Below, piece after piece: positions 18,129-24,686 of a stretch of DNA of 39,773 nucleotides; position 1 is the first letter of the stretch; every line of letters starts with the position of its first letter. Source of the DNA: an uncultured archaeon (GTDB lineage: Archaea; Asgardarchaeota; Lokiarchaeia; Sigyniarchaeales; SOKP01). The stretch lies in the NCBI GenBank assembly GCA_964583985.1, contig CAZOYD010000029.1, forward strand, positions 1-39,773, read 5' to 3'. The notes below the pieces were generated by a model that saw only the letters and a list, made by a program, of their open reading frames with translations, was not told the origin of the DNA and did not search any database. The translations under genes were made by a program, and so were the position numbers.

Positions 18129-19232
18129 TCAATATTTAGAAGGCTTTTTGGATTTTATTTTTGTTTTTGGTATACTCTTTGCCCTCATCAGAGATTTTTC
18201 AAACTCTTTTTTTTCACTCAGAAAGCGAGATTTATCACTTTCAAGTTTTTCTCTTTCCCTTTTTATATCATTCTTTTCATCATGTATTTTAGATTTTTCT
18301 CTGGCTAAGGATCTTTCGGTATCTCTAATTTCAGCCGCAACTTTTGCTCTTTCGTTTTCCAAGCTTTTTATCTCTGAATTTAACCGTTTAATTTTATCTT
18401 CTAGATTATTTACCTTATTCTGGTTGGAATAATATTGATTTTCGTATTTTGGAATCTTATTTTCAAGTTCTTTAATTTTTGAGTCAAAATACGTCTTTTT
18501 TCTTTCTAACGACTTTATTTCTTCTTTAGATTTGTTTTTCTCTTTGTCAAGTGACTCCCGTTTTTTTTGAACATCTCGATTTAAAGATTTTAATTCAGTT
18601 TTTTTGATACGATCTTTTTCTCTTTCTTCGAGTAACTTCTTTTTTTCATCTTTAATCCTGTTTTTTTCATCGGTAATATTTCTATTCAGATCGTTAATTT
18701 CTTTATTAAGATTATCTCTAATTCTTGTTAAATCCTTTATTTCATTCCTCAAATCCATTAATTTATCTTCTAAATCATTGATTGTTCTTTCAATAGCGCT
18801 TTCTCTTCTTTCCATACCAGGAATTTTAGTTTTGATTTGTTGCAAGCGCTCTTCTGCTTTTTCTTTTTCTTTCCTTAAGGCTTGTTTTTCTTGATCAATA
18901 TTATCTTTAATTCTTTCCAAATTTTGTTTGTATTGTTTCCCTTTTTCAATCTCGTTATTGATGTTTTCCAAATCCTTTTTTAGTTTTTCATTTTGTTCAA
19001 TGAGATTTCTAAGCTCGATTTCTTTTTCTTTTCTCTTCTTTTCAATACTTTCAATATTGTCGTCATAATCTTGAAATTTTTTTACAACCTTTTCCCATTC
19101 CTCTTTTTCTCTGTTTAATTTAATTCTCTCTTCTTTTATTTTCCTAAGTAATTTTGGGTCCGACACTACCCCTAGGTCCTCATCCGGAGTTTTTTCTCGA
19201 ATTTGTTGTTTGGGAATAGGTTTTTCATCCAT
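18129..19232 (-). CDS. Long Lys/Glu-rich coiled-coil protein
   Basis: Near-continuous heptad pattern over about 320 aa with no evident globular domain. Confidence 0.8.
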   Translation of the reverse strand: MDEKPIPKQQIREKTPDEDLGVVSDPKLLRKIKEERIKLNREKEEWEKVVKKFQDYDDNIESIEKKRKEKEIELRNLIEQNEKLKKDLENINNEIEKGKQYKQNLERIKDNIDQEKQALRKEKEKAEERLQQIKTKIPGMERRESAIERTINDLEDKLMDLRNEIKDLTRIRDNLNKEINDLNRNITDEKNRIKDEKKKLLEEREKDRIKKTELKSLNRDVQKKRESLDKEKNKSKEEIKSLERKKTYFDSKIKELENKIPKYENQYYSNQNKVNNLEDKIKRLNSEIKSLENERAKVAAEIRDTERSLAREKSKIHDEKNDIKREREKLESDKSRFLSEKKEFEKSLMRAKSIPKTKIKSKKPSKY

Positions 19233-19362
19233 TTTTCTTGCACAGTTTTAATATATATATTATTGTTATATAAAGACAAATTCTAAAGTGTTTGCTATTT
19301 ATATATTATAAATTCCATTAATTTCTTAAAGTGTAATATTCTAAGAATTTGGTGTTTAAAAA

Positions 19363-19800
19363 ATGGATTTTGATGACGAATTTGACGAGGAATTTGATGA
19401 AGAATTTGATGAGGATTTCGATGAAGATCTAGACGAAGATTTAAAGGATGATTCAGAAAATTTATCTGAGCCTGCTACTAGCTCAATCACGGATGAAGAA
19501 CCTAAATCTAAAGTTCCAAATCAAATTCCAGAAGGAGAAAAAATATCAATCTTTTTTATGTCAACAATAGGTCCTGGAGAGAAAAAACAAAAATTATTGG
19601 TAAATACAGGAAATACTGTAGGAGCAATCAAAGAGACAGTAGCTAATTTATTTGGATTAGATCCAAATGATTTTCATTTATCTACTGGCGGAATCACTCT
19701 GGATGAACCGTCTACACTGAGCGATTATGGTATTAGGGATGGAGATGACATTTTATTGATTCCAGCAAGTACTGCAGGACTATATTTAATAAAATCATAA
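19363..19800 (+). CDS. Ubiquitin-like protein A (pro-form) with long acidic N-terminal repeats; C-terminus IPASTAG|LYLIKS
   Basis: Beta-grasp pattern TVGAIKETVANLFGLDP..FHLSTGGITLDEPSTLSDYGIRDGDDILLIP; paralogue of 21617..21952. Confidence 0.85.
   Translation: MDFDDEFDEEFDEEFDEDFDEDLDEDLKDDSENLSEPATSSITDEEPKSKVPNQIPEGEKISIFFMSTIGPGEKKQKLLVNTGNTVGAIKETVANLFGLDPNDFHLSTGGITLDEPSTLSDYGIRDGDDILLIPASTAGLYLIKS
19369..19440 (+). repeat. In-frame 12-nt tandem repeat (6 copies) encoding (F/L)D(D/E)(E/D)
   Basis: tttgatgacgaa tttgacgaggaa tttgatgaagaa tttgatgaggat ttcgatgaagat ctagacgaagat. Confidence 0.85.
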
Positions 19801-19801
19801 T

Positions 19802-20599
19802 TTATTTTCTTTCTTTTCTTGATGGGATAATAGCTATTTCATCGTCATCATCAATATCATATTGTTTTACTTGAGATTTTTCATCTAATAAGATACCTCC
19901 AGATGATAGTACGAAATCCTCTTGAAGATAATCGAACAATATTCCAATTCTGTCTTTAAGCTCTGCTATGAAATCGGATTTTTCGATAATTATAATTTTT
20001 GTTTTCTGCCCCGGTTCAAGAAGAGATCTAATGTAAACCCTTAGTTTGTGTTCTAATCCAAAAGGAGTTAATGAAGGAGAATATATGATTTGTTCGTCAG
20101 ATTCCTGTTGAGATTTAAGCATGTTATCAATTAAATCTTTTCTTTCAGAAGCTTCAAAATAGAGCATTTCTCTAAGAAAAAAGATCTTATCCATTTTTGA
20201 TAATTTTAAATTATCTATCTTATATAATTCTTCTTTATCAAATTCCGTGAAAATAAACTCATCGATTCTCGAAATTTCTTCATAAGATTCATCAGAATTG
20301 GCGTAGTGATCAATTAAAGGCATCGCTTCAAAATAGTCCTCAATAAGCTCTGGGGGTATATTATCATTTATTTTCTTTTTTAGAGAGTATTTATCTTTTG
20401 TAGAATTAATCTCCGTTACATTGGTATTAGACTGAATAATAGTATATATTGTACTAGATGATAAAACAGATACGCTAGATATTGCTATAATCATAAAAAT
20501 AGAAAAATTTTCAATTTTTAAAAGGAAGAAAAACAAGTATATAAATGCAAAAACAACATAAAAAGCAATAGTCCAATATACTCGAGTATTTTTCTTCAT
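19802..20599 (-). CDS. Membrane-anchored protein (2 N-terminal TM) with a C-terminal Ubl domain lacking a terminal Gly
   Basis: Two hydrophobic helices, then EPGQK..IAELKDRIGILF..FVLSSGGILLDEKSQVKQYDIDDDDEIAIIPSRKERK, homologous to the flanking Ubls. Confidence 0.8.
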   Translation of the reverse strand: MKKNTRVYWTIAFYVVFAFIYLFFFLLKIENFSIFMIIAISSVSVLSSSTIYTIIQSNTNVTEINSTKDKYSLKKKINDNIPPELIEDYFEAMPLIDHYANSDESYEEISRIDEFIFTEFDKEELYKIDNLKLSKMDKIFFLREMLYFEASERKDLIDNMLKSQQESDEQIIYSPSLTPFGLEHKLRVYIRSLLEPGQKTKIIIIEKSDFIAELKDRIGILFDYLQEDFVLSSGGILLDEKSQVKQYDIDDDDEIAIIPSRKERK

Positions 20600-20677
20600 A
20601 TTTTTAAGATAGTATATTTTCTAATTTTCTAATATATAATTCAAAATATAAATTCAATTGGAATAACTGTGAATTTT

Positions 20678-21355
20678 TCATCTTTTTTCACCAAAAATTA
20701 ACTCTTTTAGTTCATAATACTTTTTATGATCCAATTTGAATAGCAGTCTTTTTTTATTGCTTTCAAATTGAACTAATTGTAAATCATGTAAAATTTCTAA
20801 ATATTTTTTAACAGTATTATAATTTTTCTTGAGATTATTTGAGATATCTGATACTTTTAGGGATTCAGTTTGATCTATCATAAATTCAATTATTTTTTGT
20901 ACAATCTCTTGTTTTAAATAAAAATATGACTCATCTAATTCTGGATTTGAATCATAGATGAAAACAATCCTTTGATTTTCAATTTCTCTTGATCGCGTGA
21001 ATTGGAACTTTTCTAAACAGGATAGGTGCCAGAGAGCTTGATTGCTTCCAATGTTAATAGCTCTCATAATTTCATTGATATTTGATGGATTTTTTTTAAT
21101 ATAATTAAAAATTTCATTTCTAATGGGATGCTCAATTATATTATTTTTCATTAATTTAGTTCCAGGAATTAACCGTCGTTTTTTGATAAGATCTTTAATA
21201 GTCTTTTCAATTTTATTTTTATTTAAATAAGGTTTAGCTCTTGTCCTATTATTAATATAAACAACTATGTCTTCAATTGAAAAGAATGGTTTCTTCTTTA
21301 AATAATCTTTAATTAAGCCTAAGATAAGAGGCTCAACCTCTTCTGGAGTGCTCAT
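20678..21355 (-). CDS. Winged-HTH transcriptional regulator (tandem ArsR-like wHTH)
   Basis: RNEIFNYIKKNP.NINEI...WHLSCLEKF and VSDISNNLKKNYNTVKKYLEILHDLQLV. Confidence 0.8.
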   Translation of the reverse strand: MSTPEEVEPLILGLIKDYLKKKPFFSIEDIVVYINNRTRAKPYLNKNKIEKTIKDLIKKRRLIPGTKLMKNNIIEHPIRNEIFNYIKKNPSNINEIMRAINIGSNQALWHLSCLEKFQFTRSREIENQRIVFIYDSNPELDESYFYLKQEIVQKIIEFMIDQTESLKVSDISNNLKKNYNTVKKYLEILHDLQLVQFESNKKRLLFKLDHKKYYELKELIFGEKR

Positions 21356-21616
21356 AAGTATATTTCTGAATAACGTCCAAATTTCTTAATTCGATTGATA
21401 TATCTTCTCTCTAAATGATAATTTTATAGAATATATATTAATAGAATGTCATGGAATTTATAAGTATAATATAAAAGCTTACGAAAGCAATAATTTATGC
21501 TAAATTAACTAATTATGGAAACTTCAAAATCATTCCAATTGGTTTTATAATACCATTTTAGCATGTTATTATTAAGTTTTAAAAACCTTTAAAAAAAAAT
21601 ATATGGAGTGATTTAA

Positions 21617-21952
21617 ATGAGCTTTGATAATAACGATTTTGATGAGGAATTAGAACCAGTTAAGTCTAAAACCCCGTCAAGTAAAGTACCCTCGACAGGA
21701 AAAAAGGTGACTCTATATTTCATGTCTACCATTGGTCCTGGTGAAAAGAAAGAGAAACTTACAGTAAATGACGCTAATCAAATAGGTGATATCAAACAAA
21801 CATTAGGAAATCTATTTGGGCTTAATCCAGATGAATTCCATCTCTCTTCAGGTGGAAGAACAATGGATGAAAGTAATCAATTAAAAGATTATAATGTAAG
21901 TGATGGCGACGATATTCTATTAATCCCTGCGAGTACAGCGGGATACTTTTAA
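21617..21952 (+). CDS. Ubiquitin-like protein B (pro-form); C-terminus IPASTAG|YF
   Basis: Ubl core IGDIKQTLGNLFGLNP..FHLSSGGRTMDESNQLKDYNVSDGDDILLIP; SD GGAGTGA; first gene of the E1-E2-JAMM-RING run. Confidence 0.88.
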   Translation: MSFDNNDFDEELEPVKSKTPSSKVPSTGKKVTLYFMSTIGPGEKKEKLTVNDANQIGDIKQTLGNLFGLNPDEFHLSSGGRTMDESNQLKDYNVSDGDDILLIPASTAGYF

Positions 21953-21983
21953 ATAATTCTTTTCATACAATATTATATATGGT

Positions 21984-22019
21984 AAGGGCTTTAAGCCCTT
22001 CAATTTTTTTTATTTTTTT
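21984..22019 (+). terminator. Hairpin plus U-tract between Ubl B and E1
   Basis: AAGGGCT-TTA-AGCCCTT perfect stem followed by CAATTTTTTTTATTTTTTT. Confidence 0.6.
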
Positions 22020-22030
22020 GATTAAAATTA

Positions 22031-23266
22031 ATGGTGATATTAGTGAAAAAAGAATCAGATTTTTTTGCAAAAGGAATGTCGGCAGAAGAAAGAGATTTAT
22101 ATGATCGTCAATTTCGCCTTGAAGGATGGTCTCAAAAATTAATTAAAAACTCTAGAGTACTAATTGCTGGAGTAGGAGGATTAGGGTGTGAAATTGCTAA
22201 GAACTTAGCCATGTTAGGTGTTGGTCATATAGATCTTGTTGATTTAGATATAATCGAACATTCGAACTTTAACCGACAGCTTCTTTTTATTGGGGCAAAA
22301 TTAGGAGAACCTAAAGCTATCGCAGCCGCCAAAAAATTACTTGAAATTAATCCTAACATCACCGTAAAAGGATATCATACATCCTTAGAAAGATTAAATC
22401 CCTCCCTATATCATGAAGCAGATGTCATTATTGGGGGTCTTGATTCAATGAATGCGCGATTAAACTTGAACACTCAATGTGTACGATTTAGAAAACCTTT
22501 AGTAGATGGAGGGGTATCTGGTTATCATGGTCATATTTATACCATCTTTCCTTATCGAAATGCTTGCTATGAATGTAATCCACTACCGGTATTAGAGAAT
22601 GATGAAATGGCAGCTTGTACTGTAGTTGGGATCCCTCGAAAAAGGATTCATTGCTTATTTAAAGGAGATATGGCTTTTAAAGAGAAATTTGATAGGGATC
22701 CTAGTCCCAAAGATATAAATGATATAAAATATATTCAGAAAGTCACAAATGAATTAGTAAATCAACATAATTTCCATCCCGAATTTACTGAAGATGATAT
22801 CGTAAAAATTATTGATCGTCATGATCCTGGTATCATTACAATTAATTCAGTTATTTCTGCATTAGAATCTCATGAGGCAGTGAAGATAATTCACTGGAAT
22901 AATGGACATAAAGGATTAGGAGAACCTATTACAAATTATGTTATTTTTAATGCAATGACAATGAAATTTTATCATATTGAAAAGAGGAGAAATCCAGATT
23001 GTGCTCAATGTGGAAAAAATGTAAGGAGAGTTGTAATAAATATAAGGCCTAGCTCCCCTTGTGCAAATATAATAAAAACATTAGAGAAAAATGGATTTCA
23101 ACTAGATCCTGAGCTAGAACCTTTGATAACCTTACTAGATTTCAATGATATCATAATAGTAGATCTAGAAGAGAGTGTTAAAGAAAATAATCTTAGAAAT
23201 TATGAATTTTTAACGATTGCGGGATTTAAAGGGGGCGAAGTTTATGTTACCCTCAAATTAAAATAA
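22031..23266 (+). CDS. E1 ubiquitin-like activating enzyme (ThiF domain plus catalytic-Cys domain, UBA3/UBA2-like); start may be GTG 22043
   Basis: YDRQ, GVGGLGCE, DLDIIEHSNFNRQLLF, LDSMNAR, PLVDGG, CYEC, AACTVVGIPR..IHC (catalytic Cys), CAQC, and a C-terminal probable ubiquitin-fold domain. Confidence 0.92.
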   Translation: MVILVKKESDFFAKGMSAEERDLYDRQFRLEGWSQKLIKNSRVLIAGVGGLGCEIAKNLAMLGVGHIDLVDLDIIEHSNFNRQLLFIGAKLGEPKAIAAAKKLLEINPNITVKGYHTSLERLNPSLYHEADVIIGGLDSMNARLNLNTQCVRFRKPLVDGGVSGYHGHIYTIFPYRNACYECNPLPVLENDEMAACTVVGIPRKRIHCLFKGDMAFKEKFDRDPSPKDINDIKYIQKVTNELVNQHNFHPEFTEDDIVKIIDRHDPGIITINSVISALESHEAVKIIHWNNGHKGLGEPITNYVIFNAMTMKFYHIEKRRNPDCAQCGKNVRRVVINIRPSSPCANIIKTLEKNGFQLDPELEPLITLLDFNDIIIVDLEESVKENNLRNYEFLTIAGFKGGEVYVTLKLK

Positions 23267-23324
23267 AAAATTATAATAAAAATTAAAAAATATAAAAATT
23301 AAAATAAAATACGGGGTTAAAAAA

Positions 23325-23852
23325 ATGAGTATAAGAAGTAGTCGGGTTTCCCGAGATTTCGCGGGTTTAAAAAAAATGGCACAAAATGGAACTATTGTTC
23401 AATTAAAACCTTTTAATCCAAAAAATAAGAGTATTGATCACTTAGCGATTACAATAAAAGGGCCGAAAGGGACGGCTTATGCAGGAGGTTTATTTAAGTT
23501 GGAAATGAAATTTCCTGCGCAATATCCTGGACAACCACCTTTTGTAAGATTGCATACACCGATATGGCACCCTAATTTTTGGCCAAAACCGAGTGAATAC
23601 AAGGGACAAAGAAATATTTGTTTAGCTTTAGTTGATCCTTCATTAGTTGGCAAAAAAGGAGGATGGAGTCCTTCAAAAACAGCTGTAACCATTGTACAAG
23701 CAATTATTGCCATGTTAAATACTCGAGGAAAATATGTTAATCCGACTGATGTTTTTAATAAAAAAGCAGCAATAGAAATGATGAAAAATCAAAAATTATT
23801 TGAGAAAAAAGTTAAAACTTTGGTAAAGAAATACGCTAACGAAAAGTGGTGA
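23325..23852 (+). CDS. E2 ubiquitin-conjugating enzyme (UBC fold)
   Basis: IKGPKGTAYAGGLFKLEMKFPAQYP..PP, IWHPNF...NICL, WSP. Confidence 0.93.
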   Translation: MSIRSSRVSRDFAGLKKMAQNGTIVQLKPFNPKNKSIDHLAITIKGPKGTAYAGGLFKLEMKFPAQYPGQPPFVRLHTPIWHPNFWPKPSEYKGQRNICLALVDPSLVGKKGGWSPSKTAVTIVQAIIAMLNTRGKYVNPTDVFNKKAAIEMMKNQKLFEKKVKTLVKKYANEKW

Positions 23853-23859
23853 GTCTAAG

Positions 23860-24657
23860 ATGAAGATTGATGACAAAAACAGTGAAACAATTCGGGATAC
23901 GATTAAACAAAAAATAAAGGAAAAAATCAAGAAAGAAATACTTGAAGAAGTATATACCGAGCTACAACTCGAAGAATTACAAGAAGAAATAACTGCTGAA
24001 ATTTTTGATGCAAAACCTTTAGGGCATTCAAAAGATATAAAAACATACTTAGAACCTATTCCAATGGAACCTGTAATAACTATAGCTAAAAATGAAAGAA
24101 TTGAAGCAAAAATACAAATAACTGTAAAAGCTATCCTTAAAATTTCAAGCCATTCGTTGAAATATGCGAATTCTAAAATTAGGAAAGAGAACTGGGTTGA
24201 GGTAATAGGATTACTCTCTGGTAGATATGACAATGGAATACTTTATTTAGAAGATGCGTATCCAATGGGTCATGGTACTGCAGTTTATGCTGAAATTAAA
24301 GATTATAATAACTTTACAAGAGCATATGAAGACATTGTAAAAAATAAGCAATTTATCTGTGGATGGTATCATTCGCATCCCTCATATGGATGTTTCATGT
24401 CTAAAGAAGACTTAGGAACTCAAAGGCGATATCAGAAATTTTGGGATAAATCAGTTGCCCTTGTAATTGATCCATATCAAATTAACGGAAAATCTATCGG
24501 CTTTGAGATCTATCGTGCAAATTTTAATACAAAAAAATGGTTTTCCGTGCCATTTGATATCAAAGGAAGTTTAGATGTAAGGATGCTACCCGAAATATTA
24601 GAATTCATGAATCCTATTATTGAAGGTAAACCTGCCTACTTAGAATATGATGAGTGA
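23860..24657 (+). CDS. JAB1/MPN (JAMM) metalloprotease, CSN5/Rpn11-like
   Basis: EVIGLLSG, GWYHSHPSYGCFMSKED (HxH-x10-D), TQ..YQ, ALVIDP. Confidence 0.93.
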   Translation: MKIDDKNSETIRDTIKQKIKEKIKKEILEEVYTELQLEELQEEITAEIFDAKPLGHSKDIKTYLEPIPMEPVITIAKNERIEAKIQITVKAILKISSHSLKYANSKIRKENWVEVIGLLSGRYDNGILYLEDAYPMGHGTAVYAEIKDYNNFTRAYEDIVKNKQFICGWYHSHPSYGCFMSKEDLGTQRRYQKFWDKSVALVIDPYQINGKSIGFEIYRANFNTKKWFSVPFDIKGSLDVRMLPEILEFMNPIIEGKPAYLEYDE

Positions 24658-24686
24658 AGAAAAATTTTAATTGGTGAGATTAAACG

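Noticed and set aside
18148-18894. Phe/Ser/Leu-rich plus-strand ORFs
   Set aside because: They are the reverse complement of the Lys/Glu/Arg codons of the coiled-coil gene.
18129-19232. Coiled coil considered as SMC/Rad50 or ESCRT-III
   Set aside because: It has no Walker motifs, hinge or hook, and no recognisable Snf7 pattern. No Vps4/ESCRT genes are in the window.
19369-19440. Tandem repeat considered as a CRISPR or non-coding VNTR
   Set aside because: It has no spacers, is in frame, and varies mostly at synonymous positions; it is a protein repeat.
21617-23266. Interpretation as a ThiS/MoaD-ThiF/MoeB sulfur-carrier pair
   Set aside because: The E1 has a UBA3-like catalytic Cys domain and is linked to E2, JAMM and RING. 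The Ubl has ubiquitin-like LxDY features and no GG, and no Moco/thiamine genes are adjacent.
23477-24233. Antisense ORFs 23477..23713 and 23796..24233
   Set aside because: They overlap the E2 and JAMM genes and are reverse-complement artefacts.
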